Positions 44,607-55,200 of a stretch of 64,000 bases of DNA are shown here, piece by piece. This stretch comes from a bacterium. GTDB taxonomy: Bacteria > UBP6 > UBA1177. A model generated the notes under the pieces. That model did not search any database. It had not been told where the DNA came from and saw nothing but the letters and a program-made list of their open reading frames with translations. The number at the start of each line of letters is the position of its first letter. Position 1 is the stretch's first letter. The translations under genes and the position numbers were made by a program. The DNA is taken from the NCBI GenBank assembly GCA_017405875.1, contig JAFQZM010000038.1:89261-153260 (forward strand), in the 5' to 3' direction.

Positions 44607-46736
44607 ATGGTTTCGAATGTTGAAATTCTTGCTCCGGCCGGAAGTTTTGAAGCAGCTGTAGCCGCGTTTGAGGGAGGAGCCGACGCGGTTTATCTCGGTT
44701 TGAGCGATTTTTCGGCAAGAAAGGCTGCAAAAAATTTTTCGAGAGATGAGCTCCGTTCCCTCAAAACCCTTGCTGAAAAGCAGGGGAAAAAGATTTTTGC
44801 CGCTCTCAATACCGTGATAAAAAGTTCCGAAATAGAAAGCGCACTTGATGCTGCGAGGTTTTTAAGCGATATTTCAGTCGACGCCGTTATTCTTCAGGAT
44901 ATCGGTTTCGCAACACTGTTGAAAAAACTTTTTCCGACACTACCGCTTCACGCTTCAACGCAAATGGCGGTCCACACGGTTGAAGGTGTTAAATTGTTGA
45001 AAACACTTGGTTTTTCGAGAGTGGTCTTAAGCCGCGAAGTTCCTCTTGAGCTGATTGCAAAAATAAAAAAGGAAGTTCCAGATATGGAGCTTGAAGTTTT
45101 TGTCCACGGCGCTCTGTGCTATTCATTTTCCGGTTTATGCCTTGCTAGCGGCATGGTTTTGGGGAGATCGGGAAACCGCGGAATGTGCGCGCAGCTCTGC
45201 CGGAGCTACTACGAAACCGAAGACGGCAGTAAAGGCCACTTTTTTTCGTGCAACGATCTTGAATACAAAGACTATGTTCAGCAGTTGAGATTTGCAGGAG
45301 TCGATTCCTTCAAAATCGAAGGGCGGATGAAGTCTCCGGAATATGTTTTCCACACTTCGGCTCTATATCGCGCCATGCTTGAAAGAAGCGACTATTTTGA
45401 TGCTTTGAAAAACAGCAGAATCTGTTTTGCGAGAAAGGCTACACTCGGTTATCTCAAGAATTTTTCGGGCGAAAATCTCATAAGTTCCAAATATCCCGGT
45501 CACAGAGGAGTAAAAATCGGCATCTGCGAAAAAAGGCTGAAAGACCGCTTTTTCATCAAGACAAAATATTCGCTCGGCATAAGAGACGGTCTTCTTTTCT
45601 TTAAAAACAACGACGAGACGCAGCCGTTTAATTGCTCGGTAGAAGAGATTTCTTCGGCGTCGGGCAAAAATCTCAAAATTGTGGGTGACAGTTCGAGAGT
45701 TTTCATCAAAACGGCTGAACTTCCCGAAGTGGGAGACGAGATTTTTCTTGTAAGTTCGCGTACTCTCGAAAGAAAAAAGGTGAATTCAGGCAGTTTTCAG
45801 ATGATTAAAAAAAGCATTCCTGCTGAAGTTTCGATTCAGGGGAAAAATATAAAAATAAAAAGCGGAAACTTTGTTTACAGATCGGAAGAAGTGAACGCCG
45901 AAAGCTCGGAAAATCAGAATAATTTTAAGGATAAGTTTGCTGAAATACTTAAAAATTCAGGAGAATCTTTTTATTTTTCAGACAAGGTTTCTTTTGATGA
46001 AAGCTGTGAATTTATTTTTATCCAGCCCGCTGTTCTGAAAAAAATAAGGAACGATTTCTACATCAGATACAAAGATTTCGCTGATGCAGGGTATGAAAAA
46101 AGAAAATCGGAAGTTTTATCTTCTTTTGCACATCCTGAAAGTGCTGAAGTTCCCGAAATATTCTCTCAAAGGGCGCTGATGAATCCCGACGGCGAAATTC
46201 CGTTTTTCATGCCTGCCGATCCTGAAAATATTCTTAAAACAGTAGGCGGATTCCTGACTGTTCCGCTTCTTCCCATGATGAAGGAAAGTAAAAAATATCT
46301 CGGTAAAATCAATGATATAATTTCAAGAAACAGAGACAAAAAAATCCTTGTCGGACTCTCCAATTTCGGGCATCTTAATTTTGCTCTGGAACATTTGAAA
46401 GATGAGAATATTTTCTTTTTTATCGATTTTTCGCTTTATATCGCAAACGGGTTTTCCTACTCTTTTTTTAAAAATCTTCTGGGTGAAAAACTTCTTTTCG
46501 GCTACTCATGGATCGAAGAAAAAGAGGAAATCCCAGCACTTCCGCCGGAAGTTATTGTGGTTTCAGGATTTAATCCGCCTCTTTTTGTCAGCGCAGGCTG
46601 CTTCGAACGCTCGAACGGCTTCAAAAAATGCGCCGAGTGCAAAGGCTCGAAAAGTGAGCATCTTCTGAAAAACTGCGGCAGAAAGTTCAAAGTCATATCG
46701 AAAAACTGCATCACGTTTATGTTCGCAGAGCTTTAA
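44607..46736 (+). CDS. U32 family protein (RlhA-like RNA hydroxylation protein)
   Basis: EILAPAG, GADAVYLG, HASTQM, EVFVHGALCYSFSGLCL..RSGNRGMCAQLCR, KIEGRMK. Confidence 0.85.
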   Translation: MVSNVEILAPAGSFEAAVAAFEGGADAVYLGLSDFSARKAAKNFSRDELRSLKTLAEKQGKKIFAALNTVIKSSEIESALDAARFLSDISVDAVILQDIGFATLLKKLFPTLPLHASTQMAVHTVEGVKLLKTLGFSRVVLSREVPLELIAKIKKEVPDMELEVFVHGALCYSFSGLCLASGMVLGRSGNRGMCAQLCRSYYETEDGSKGHFFSCNDLEYKDYVQQLRFAGVDSFKIEGRMKSPEYVFHTSALYRAMLERSDYFDALKNSRICFARKATLGYLKNFSGENLISSKYPGHRGVKIGICEKRLKDRFFIKTKYSLGIRDGLLFFKNNDETQPFNCSVEEISSASGKNLKIVGDSSRVFIKTAELPEVGDEIFLVSSRTLERKKVNSGSFQMIKKSIPAEVSIQGKNIKIKSGNFVYRSEEVNAESSENQNNFKDKFAEILKNSGESFYFSDKVSFDESCEFIFIQPAVLKKIRNDFYIRYKDFADAGYEKRKSEVLSSFAHPESAEVPEIFSQRALMNPDGEIPFFMPADPENILKTVGGFLTVPLLPMMKESKKYLGKINDIISRNRDKKILVGLSNFGHLNFALEHLKDENIFFFIDFSLYIANGFSYSFFKNLLGEKLLFGYSWIEEKEEIPALPPEVIVVSGFNPPLFVSAGCFERSNGFKKCAECKGSKSEHLLKNCGRKFKVISKNCITFMFAEL

Positions 46737-46737
46737 T

Positions 46738-46765
46738 TTGACAAACATTTGTCCATCAATAGAAT
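46738..46765 (+). promoter_or_regulatory. Promoter with overlapping palindrome GACAAA-CA-TTTGTC
   Basis: TTGACA (46738-43), 16 nt, TAGAAT (46760-65); palindrome at 46740-46753. Confidence 0.55.
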
Positions 46766-46797
46766 TTTAAGGCTTTTTTATAGACTTAACGCGAGAG

Positions 46798-49260
46798 ATG
46801 AAAATGAGAAAATTATTTCAAATCCTGCTGCTTGCAGCGGTTGTTTTGCTTGTTTCCTGCGGTGGAAGCAAAAAATCACAAGATTCATGTCCTGACGGTT
46901 ATGACTGGTCGGGAACCGACTGCGTAAAAAGAAACGATCAGGGTGATACCGGTGATTCCACGGTCACTGATACCGATACTCCGTCGGACGACGGCGACAC
47001 GGCTGATGACAATGAACCGGATGAAGAGGCCGACACTGAAGAACCGGACAACGATCAGTCTGATTACAGCGGCAGTTGCAAAGAGATCCGCAGTGGAGAT
47101 GCGTATGAAATAAATGTCGAGACGAATAAACTTACCATCGGCGATGTTACGATTAACGGTAAATCCGACAACGCTGCTCTTTACGGTGAAATCTGGGCTG
47201 AAAACAGGGAAACTCTTTCGGAATTCAAAGTAGGAGACGTAAATTCCGAGTTTTCAGGCAAAACAATAAATATCCCGAAAGGAAGATACGGTTTCGCTTT
47301 CAGACCTGTTTCTTCGGCAAACAAAGTCGCGATCGAAGGTCTTGACAATGTCGATATGTCGGCAGGTGACAAAAAAATTGATTTCGATCTTCCGCTTTAT
47401 CATTTAACGGGAAAGGTCCTCAACAATTCCGATGCCGTTTTAACTGTTGAAGAGACTTATCAGGAGTCCACTCAGCTTGTGGTCAAAAACGGAGCTTTCG
47501 AGAAAGTGGTTCCTTACAGCGAATTCGCCGCTTACGATCTTCTTCTTCCGAAAGGAACTTATTCCGTTTATTTCAAAGGTCAGCTCGCGGCAGGAGAGGG
47601 GATTTTTGAAGGAACGGTCCTTGATAGTTCACAAGCTTTTGCGGTCGAAGAAGATACCGAGCGTGATATCAAAATTCAGACGATCACTTTTGCCGGTTCG
47701 ATTGCCAAAAAAGGATATTCCGATGATGGTTATGAGGTAAATAAAGGTCAGCTCATCCTTGTCGAAAATCCTCCTCTGGGTGCTAAAAACGGCGTTGTCG
47801 TTTCAGATCTTTCTTCCGCAAGCTCATACAGCATCACTGTTACTGCCGGCGCGAAGCTCAATCTTCTCTATCTCCCTGAAGCAGACTCTTATCCTGTTCG
47901 TTATATAAAGCTGGAAACGTGGAGTTCTGAAACCGAAACTCCTGCATCACACAATATCACGCTTGATTTCGGAAGAGTTTACGGAAAAATCACGTTCCTT
48001 GGCGGCAACAATTTCCCGAAGCTTACGAACTGCACTGAAGCTGACTGCACGATAGGCAAACTCAAAGCGATGCTGGAAACCTTGTCTATGGATGAAGCTC
48101 TCTCTTTTGTTGTTAAAGATCTAGGCACCGATTTGGAGGTCGATGGAGAAGGAAACGTTGTCGGCGCAACTTATGAAGCTCTCCTTGTCAGAAGAAATTT
48201 CTTTAAATATATCGATTCGGAAGGGGAGGAAAAGAGCGAGTATATAGGAAAAACCTACACGATGAATTTTGAAAGCCATCTCAATGACGTCAAAGGAGGT
48301 TTTACCGCTCTTCCTTTCACGGTTCCGGCAACTTATACGAACGGTGAAGGCAACAAAGTTTCGTCGTTCGCTTTCTATGTTACTGAAGCCGACGGAACGA
48401 AAACATGGCTCACAGAAAAAAATCTTGATATCGACGTCTCTCCGAGCAAGGTGACCGGAAAAATAACTTTCAACGGGTCGACTTTCGAAACTGACAAATC
48501 CGATTTTATCAAACTCAAAGATTCAAGCGGCATCGAATATCCGGTTTTGAATTTTTCGGAACTTTCAGGCGGAGAATTTTCTTTCTATGCGCCGAAAGGA
48601 ACTTACGACGTCCTCTACGACGGCGAATACATTCTTTCGAATAGCTTCAAAACATACATCGAGCGTGATTTCGAAATCGGCGGAAACGGAAATAATCACG
48701 ATTTTGAGATAAAAACTGCTCCTGTGACCTTGGATTTCAATGTAAACGGAACGCCTTTCGCAGAGTGGGTCGAGGCTCAGAAAAACCTCGACGATATGGG
48801 GCTTGCGGTAAATATCGACAAAACGGCAAGCGATTTCGTGCTTGATCTTGTCAAAAAGGAAGGAAAGTATGTCGCGGAAGTGCTTACCGGTTCGACTGTA
48901 AACGCATATCTCGAACTTGTTTTTGCCGATAAAGTCACTTCGGAAAAGAGCTATTCCAGAATCAGACTTGTTTCGTCGCAGAACATGATATCTGGAATGA
49001 CTGTCAAAGACGATCTTACTCTTGTAAAATCAGATATTTCCGTGAAACTTAACGGAAATGCAGTCAAAGCTTCAAGTTATGCCGCAAAACTCAGGATTCA
49101 GGGAACTAATTCGAGCGAGATATTCTGCCCGGCTGAAGCTGCTGTAACGGCATTCTTCAAGAAAGGCGAATATAAAAGCCCGACTCCTGAGCTTTTCCTT
49201 AACGAAGGTTTTGAGGCTGGTCACAAAATACCTCTCAAATGTCTCTATTTCGGTGAATAA
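46798..49260 (+). CDS. Large lipoprotein with repeated Ig-like/transthyretin-like beta domains
   Basis: Lipobox LVSC; CPDGY motif; acidic linker; repeats PKGRYGFAF, PKGTYSVYF, PKGTYDVLY. Confidence 0.65.
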   Translation: MKMRKLFQILLLAAVVLLVSCGGSKKSQDSCPDGYDWSGTDCVKRNDQGDTGDSTVTDTDTPSDDGDTADDNEPDEEADTEEPDNDQSDYSGSCKEIRSGDAYEINVETNKLTIGDVTINGKSDNAALYGEIWAENRETLSEFKVGDVNSEFSGKTINIPKGRYGFAFRPVSSANKVAIEGLDNVDMSAGDKKIDFDLPLYHLTGKVLNNSDAVLTVEETYQESTQLVVKNGAFEKVVPYSEFAAYDLLLPKGTYSVYFKGQLAAGEGIFEGTVLDSSQAFAVEEDTERDIKIQTITFAGSIAKKGYSDDGYEVNKGQLILVENPPLGAKNGVVVSDLSSASSYSITVTAGAKLNLLYLPEADSYPVRYIKLETWSSETETPASHNITLDFGRVYGKITFLGGNNFPKLTNCTEADCTIGKLKAMLETLSMDEALSFVVKDLGTDLEVDGEGNVVGATYEALLVRRNFFKYIDSEGEEKSEYIGKTYTMNFESHLNDVKGGFTALPFTVPATYTNGEGNKVSSFAFYVTEADGTKTWLTEKNLDIDVSPSKVTGKITFNGSTFETDKSDFIKLKDSSGIEYPVLNFSELSGGEFSFYAPKGTYDVLYDGEYILSNSFKTYIERDFEIGGNGNNHDFEIKTAPVTLDFNVNGTPFAEWVEAQKNLDDMGLAVNIDKTASDFVLDLVKKEGKYVAEVLTGSTVNAYLELVFADKVTSEKSYSRIRLVSSQNMISGMTVKDDLTLVKSDISVKLNGNAVKASSYAAKLRIQGTNSSEIFCPAEAAVTAFFKKGEYKSPTPELFLNEGFEAGHKIPLKCLYFGE

Positions 49261-49290
49261 TTCATACGTTTTTTCTAGTTAGGAGGAATT

Positions 49291-50157
49291 ATGAAACGTG
49301 TAGTTACCGTCCAGGATATTTCATGTCTTGGCAAATGTTCTCTTACAGTTGCGCTGCCGATAATTTCGGCGATGGGTGTTGAAGCCTGCGTCATTCCGAC
49401 TGCGGTTCTTTCGACTCATACGGTTTTCAAAGGTTTTACTTTCCACGATCTGACGGGCGAAATTGCTCCGGTTATGGAACACTGGAAAAAGGAAAATTTC
49501 CGTTTCGATGCGATATATACAGGCTACCTCGGTTCTTTCGAACAGCTTGAACTTATGAAAAAGCTCATTGACGATTTCGGCGGAAAGGAGACTCTGGCGA
49601 TAGTTGATCCGTGTATGGCGGATAACGGCAAGCTTTACCCCGGCTTTACTCAGGAATTCGCTTTTGCGATGGCGAAACTCTGTGCGAAAGCCGACATAGT
49701 CGTTCCGAACATGACCGAAGCAAGTTTCATGCTCGGCGTTCCGTATCGTGCAGGCGGCACTTACGATGAAGCGTATCTCAAGAAAATACTTAAAGATATC
49801 GCTGCGTTGGACGCAAAGAAAGTCGTTCTTAAGGGAGTCGAATTCCCCGAAGATCAGCCTTCTTTCAAAAATGTCGCGGGAAAGATCGGAATCGTTGCAT
49901 ACGATGCTGAAAAAGATACTTTCTCAAGCTATTTCCACGAAAAAGTCGACCAGACTTTCCACGGAACGGGCGATATTTTCGCAAGCGTTTTCACCGGCGC
50001 TTATCTGAGAGGTTTTACTCTTGAAGAATCGTATTCGCTTGCAGCCGATTTCGTCGTCGAAGCGATAAAAGAGACGATGAGTCACGAAAATCACAACTGG
50101 TACGGTGTCGATTTCGAAGCCGTTTTCCCGTATCTTATCAAACGTCTGGAACGCTGA
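49291..50157 (+). CDS. pdxK: Pyridoxal/pyridoxamine kinase
   Basis: QDISCLGKCSLTVALP, AIYTGYLGS, VDPCMADNG, PNMTEA, HGTGDIFAS. Confidence 0.9.
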   Translation: MKRVVTVQDISCLGKCSLTVALPIISAMGVEACVIPTAVLSTHTVFKGFTFHDLTGEIAPVMEHWKKENFRFDAIYTGYLGSFEQLELMKKLIDDFGGKETLAIVDPCMADNGKLYPGFTQEFAFAMAKLCAKADIVVPNMTEASFMLGVPYRAGGTYDEAYLKKILKDIAALDAKKVVLKGVEFPEDQPSFKNVAGKIGIVAYDAEKDTFSSYFHEKVDQTFHGTGDIFASVFTGAYLRGFTLEESYSLAADFVVEAIKETMSHENHNWYGVDFEAVFPYLIKRLER

Positions 50158-50162
50158 TCTTA

Positions 50163-50831
50163 CTATTTGATTTCTTTTTCGGCGATTCTGCCGTTTCCTT
50201 TGAAAATCGAATTTTCCGGAACGAATCCGCGGACGTTTGAAAGCGGATAAACTACTGAATTTCTTCCGATAATTGTTCCCGGGTTAAGGACTGAATTACA
50301 GCCGATCTCTGCATTGTCTCCAAGAATTGCAGAGAATTTGCGAAGCCCCGTTTCGAGTGTTTCGCCTTCGCAGTGTATCTTGACGTTTCCCGGAATCGAG
50401 CGGACGTTCGAAAGGATGACGCCTGCTCCGATGTGGGCGTGAAAGCCTAAAACCGAGTCGCCGACATAGTTAAAATGCGGAGTCTGCACTTTGTTGAAAA
50501 GGAAGCTGTTTTTGATTTCGGTCGAATTTCCGATTACCGAGTTGTTTCCGATTATTGTATTTCCGCGGATAAAGGCGCATTGTCTGATTTCGACATCGTG
50601 CCCGATTATCGCAGGTCCTTTGATGAATGCGGTTTCTGCGATTTCGGTATTTTTACCGACCCAGACATTTTCCTTTATCATCGTGTATTCGTTGCCGAGC
50701 GCCGGTCCTTTTTTCAAAATGTAGTCTTTGATGAGCGGCAGGATTTCGTGCGGATATTCGCAGCCGTCGAAAATGTCGGCAAAATCGGTCTGAGTAAGGT
50801 CTAAAAGTGCGCTGATTTTGATTTTTTCCAT
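50163..50831 (-). CDS. Left-handed beta-helix acyltransferase (GlmU C-terminal-like)
   Basis: Hexapeptide repeats; FIRGN, GNSTEIKN, HFNYVGDS.LG, GCNSVLNPG. Confidence 0.85.
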   Translation of the reverse strand: MEKIKISALLDLTQTDFADIFDGCEYPHEILPLIKDYILKKGPALGNEYTMIKENVWVGKNTEIAETAFIKGPAIIGHDVEIRQCAFIRGNTIIGNNSVIGNSTEIKNSFLFNKVQTPHFNYVGDSVLGFHAHIGAGVILSNVRSIPGNVKIHCEGETLETGLRKFSAILGDNAEIGCNSVLNPGTIIGRNSVVYPLSNVRGFVPENSIFKGNGRIAEKEIK

Positions 50832-50838
50832 AATTTAC

Positions 50839-51489
50839 CTACCCGAAAATTAAAGTTGGGATCCATATAAAAAGTTTGAGGATGAGGCGCGCAGGAATAA
50901 GAAGATAGCTGAACGCGCCCGTGACTACCAGAGCCATGATTATGATAAAACCGTATCTTTCAAGCGTTATGAATATCCTGTCGTATTCGCGCGGCAGAAA
51001 ACCGTGAAGTATTCTGCTTCCGTCAAGCGGCGGGATGGGAATAAGGTTGAAGAAGCAGAGCATGATGTTGAACATGAGTGAAATTTCAAAGAAAGTTATG
51101 ATGATTTCGTTCGGGAAAAACCGGTATGCCGCGACGTAAAAAAATGCGCTGATGAATGCAAGAATGAGATTGCTCAGAGGGCCTGCCGCAGCGACGATCA
51201 TCATGCCGCGCCTCATTTCGATGTGAGGATGAAAGCGGTACGGGTTGACGGGAACCGGTTTCGCTCCGCCGAAGAAAACTCCGGCAAGGAAGTAACTCAG
51301 AAGCGGAACGACGACAGACATCATAGGATCAAGGTGCGCGATAGGGTTCAGGGTAAGTCTTCCGGCATCTTTTGCCGTTGAATCGCCGAGTTTCAGTGCC
51401 GCCCATCCGTGAGCGACTTCATGAATCACCATCGAAAAGAGCAGGGGAATTACGCCGATTGCGATGTAGAAAATTTTGTTTCGTATCAT
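50839..51489 (-). CDS. Site-2 protease (M50)
   Basis: HEVAH, AAAGPLSN, FNLIPIPPLDG. Confidence 0.93.
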   Translation of the reverse strand: MIRNKIFYIAIGVIPLLFSMVIHEVAHGWAALKLGDSTAKDAGRLTLNPIAHLDPMMSVVVPLLSYFLAGVFFGGAKPVPVNPYRFHPHIEMRRGMMIVAAAGPLSNLILAFISAFFYVAAYRFFPNEIIITFFEISLMFNIMLCFFNLIPIPPLDGSRILHGFLPREYDRIFITLERYGFIIIMALVVTGAFSYLLIPARLILKLFIWIPTLIFG

Positions 51490-51496
51490 TTCGACC

Positions 51497-52072
51497 TCAA
51501 CTGTTGTGTTTGAATCCTAATTTTTCAAGATTTTCGATGACTTCACACACCGGAAGTCCGATCACGTTCGAGTGCGAGCCGTTTATCGCCCTGACCATAA
51601 AAGCCGCTTTGCCCTGAATTGCGTAGGCTCCCGCTTTGTCGTAAGGCTCGTCGGTATCGCAGTAAAAGGCGATTTCGGAAGCTGAAAGAGTTTTGAACTC
51701 GACATCTGTGCTGACTGAAAAAACCGAAGTTTCTCCTTTGTAGAATATCGCGACTCCGGTGCAGACCTGATGGGTTCTGCCGCTGAGTTCCGCGAGGATC
51801 CTTTCGGCGTCGGCTCTGTCTTTAGGTTTGCCGATGACCTCGTTTCCCAAAGCGACTACGGTGTCTGCCGAAATAACGGGAATATCATCGTATTTGCCTG
51901 AATTTATTACTGATTTTCCTTTCTGTTCAGCCAGAGACTCAACGATTTCAGCCGGTTTCAGTCCCGGCAGGATCTTCTCTTCGCAGCACGGTTTTATTAC
52001 AACAGGCTCAAACCCTGCGTCTTTCAGCAGCCCGAACCTTCTCGGAGAGCCGGAAGCAAGTATTATTTTCAT
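51497..52072 (-). CDS. maf: Maf family nucleoside triphosphate pyrophosphatase
   Basis: ILASGSPRR, ADTVV, GKP, DKAGAY, NVIGLP. Confidence 0.95.
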   Translation of the reverse strand: MKIILASGSPRRFGLLKDAGFEPVVIKPCCEEKILPGLKPAEIVESLAEQKGKSVINSGKYDDIPVISADTVVALGNEVIGKPKDRADAERILAELSGRTHQVCTGVAIFYKGETSVFSVSTDVEFKTLSASEIAFYCDTDEPYDKAGAYAIQGKAAFMVRAINGSHSNVIGLPVCEVIENLEKLGFKHNS

Positions 52073-52238
52073 TTTTCCTCCAAAACGAAAAAACGCAGGA
52101 TTATACTTAAAAACGGAACAAAAAACAGATTATTCTTGATTTTGCTATATTAAAAAAAATATTGACTTAAAAAGTAAATTCTAGTTATATGGTGCGCTTT
52201 TTTGGTGTTTCGTTGAAAATTACATATTGGAGGAAAAT

Positions 52239-55200
52239 TTGAAAAGTCTGAAAGTTTTGTTCTCATTGTTTGTTGTTTTTATGACTTTTTCCGTTTTTGC
52301 AGGAACTGCATCGGTATTCCCGATGGCTGCAATAGAAGGCGACCGTCTTGCAGCTGACGATATCGATACTTCGATTGAAGAAGTCATTGATGACGTAAAA
52401 GGGGCTGACGCAGCCATGTTTACCGATTCTCTCGGGACGAAAGCGAAAAAGGAACTTGCAAAATGCGGTGAAAATCTGGGATGCCAGAAGAAATTCATCT
52501 CAAAGGCAAAGAAAAAATCCGATTTTTATATTTTTTCCAAGATGAAATTCGTCAAAAAGAGCGGAAAAACGATAATCGAAACTTACCTTATTGACGGCGA
52601 AGGCAGCAATCTCGGAAAAGAGAAGGTAAATTTTGATAAAGGCGCTTCCACTGAAAAAATCGCTTCGAAACTTGTAAAAGTATGGAGCAAGATGCTTGCA
52701 TCAAATTCTGTAGCAAAGAGCGAACCCGAAGAAGAAGAGGAAGAAGAACCTGTAAAACCCGCTAAGAAATCTTACGGAAAAGGTGCTGATTCCGCTATCA
52801 AAGAGGCGCTTGAAGCTTATGCATCGGGCGATCTCAAAGCTGCCGACAAAGCTCTCGACGGTGCTGCCGAGATAGATGTCAAAGCAAAGGAACTCAAGAA
52901 GAACATTGCCGAAATCGCGAAGTATATTCAGAAGGCGAATGCTTCGATCAAAGCGAAAAACTACGACGAAGCGATTCCTATAATTGCAAAGGCCGAGAAT
53001 CTTGATGAAGCGATTCTCGAAATGGGATCAAGCTCGAAATACCGCGTTTACAAGAAAGATTCCGTTGAAAGAGTCGTATATTCCGATCCGAGTGAAAAGG
53101 ATGTCCGCATGGTTGACACTATCCATTCGAGATTCGAAAAACAGCGTGAAAAACTCAGAAAGGAAAAAGCTAAAACTGTTACTGAAACCGAAACATGGCT
53201 CAACACGAGGATTCTTGAAAGAGAAGCCAAACTCAAAAAATATGATGAAGATTCGAAGGCTGCAAAACAGCAGAAAGATACTGAATACAAAGAGCTTTCG
53301 GAAAGAATCAAGGCTATGAAGTATCAGTGGGAAAAGGACGACAGCGAAATCGAACAGAAAATCGTTGAACTCGAGAACAAGCTCACTCTTTTCGAGCAGA
53401 GAGAAAAAGGTGTCACGAAAGGGTCGAACGCTCTGTCAGCTCAATATGAAAAAGAGATGGCAAAGGAGATGGCAGACACCGATAAAAAATACGGCGACAT
53501 CCTCAAAAAGATGAGAGATGAAAAGGAAGCGCGCTACAAAAAGCAGGATGACGAGATCGAAGCCGGCAACAAAAAGACCGAAGCTGCGATCCTTGCACTT
53601 GAAGCAAAGAAAAAAGCAAACAGCGACAAGATCTCCGAACTTGACAAGAAAATGACTGCCGAGCAGGAAAAGTTCGATGAGAACGAAAAGCAGATCATGT
53701 CCAAGAACGAAGAAATCAAAATGAAAAACGAGGACGAGGACAGAAAATACAAAGTCGAAGTCGAAAAAGAGTATCAGGCTAAGTTCGACGACCTCAACAA
53801 AAAACTTCAGGATTACGATGCTCAGGAATCGGAAGAGCGCGAAAAACTTAAAAAATATGATGCTGCGACTGAAGAATATATGTTCAAAAACGCAGAAGTA
53901 ATGCAGAAGTATCAGGAAGAGATCGAAAAAGAGCGCGCTACAGTCGAAGCTGAGTGTGCTAAGAATAAAGAGTCGGCTTCCGCAGATGCTGAGAAAGCTT
54001 ACACTGAAGAACTCGAAAAGCTTAACAAGGAAAAGGCTGACATAGAGGCTAAGATCGCTGAAAAAGAGACTCCGGCTCTCAAAAAACAGCTTGCCGCAGC
54101 TGAAAAGAAAATTTCGAAACACGAAGGCGGAAAAGATGCTTTTGTCGCTAAGAAAATGGCGGCTGTCGAGCAGGAATGCGAGAACAAGAGCATGGCTGTA
54201 GACATGAAACTCGCACAGAAGAGCGACGAACTCAATAAGGACAACACTAAATATCAGAAGAACCAGCAGGCTGAAAAGAAGAAAGCAGAAGCTAACTTCA
54301 AGGCTTTCCAGCAGAGAAAGGATGCGTTCAAAAAGAACATCGACAGCCAGATTAGTGCAGCTCAGAAAGAGAGAGACCGCAAGATCGAAGCCCGCGAGAA
54401 AGAGAGAAGCAAACAGTCCGAAACCTGGAACAAAGAAGCTGCTGCAAGACAGAAAGACCTTGAAAACAAGCAGAGAGCGGACAAAAACGCAAAAGACCGT
54501 CTCGTAAAGGAAAACGAAGGTATTGATGCAAATATCGCTATAACAAACGCAAAATGGGCTGACAAGAGCGATGATATCAAGATCAAAAACCAGACTGAAA
54601 ACCAGAAATATGAGAAGACCTGGCAGGAAAAATACGACAAGACCGATGCCGAATACAAAGAAAAGAAAGAGGCTATAGAAAACAAATACGCTCAGAAACA
54701 GGTCGATGACAAGGACGCTCAGAAAAAACAGAAAGAGCAGTGGGAAGAAGAAGTTCAGAAGCTGAACGAAGAAAAACAGAGAAGAAAAGAGGAGAGACAG
54801 GCTATCCTTGCAGACGAGCAGGCTAAGTGGAAAGAGAAAAACGAAAAATGGGAAGAGGAAGAGGCTCAGAGAAAGGAAGAGAAGGCTCAGTTCTCGAAAG
54901 ATCTGAAGAAACTTGCTGCTGAAGACAAGAAAGATGCTCAGGCTAAGAAGAAAGAAGCCGATCAGAAATACGAAGAAGGAATGAAAGAGATCGACGAAAA
55001 AGAACTCGAACAGGTTCGTGCTAAATTCAAAGAGGAATACAAAGTTACCAAGTCGAGAGAAGTTGTTGACGTAAAAGGTTCTGAAGATATCTACAAACTT
55101 AAGGCTGATGCTTTTGCAAAGAGCGGTCTTTCAAAACTCAACGAAAAAGATCTTATCGGCGCAAGAAGGGCATTCGCAGAGGCTCTCAGAATCGACAGAA

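Noticed and set aside
53436-54685. Phe/Leu/Ser-rich minus-strand ORFs (also 3148-3519 and 2595-3047)
   Set aside because: These are reverse-complement artefacts of Lys/Glu-rich coding sequence.
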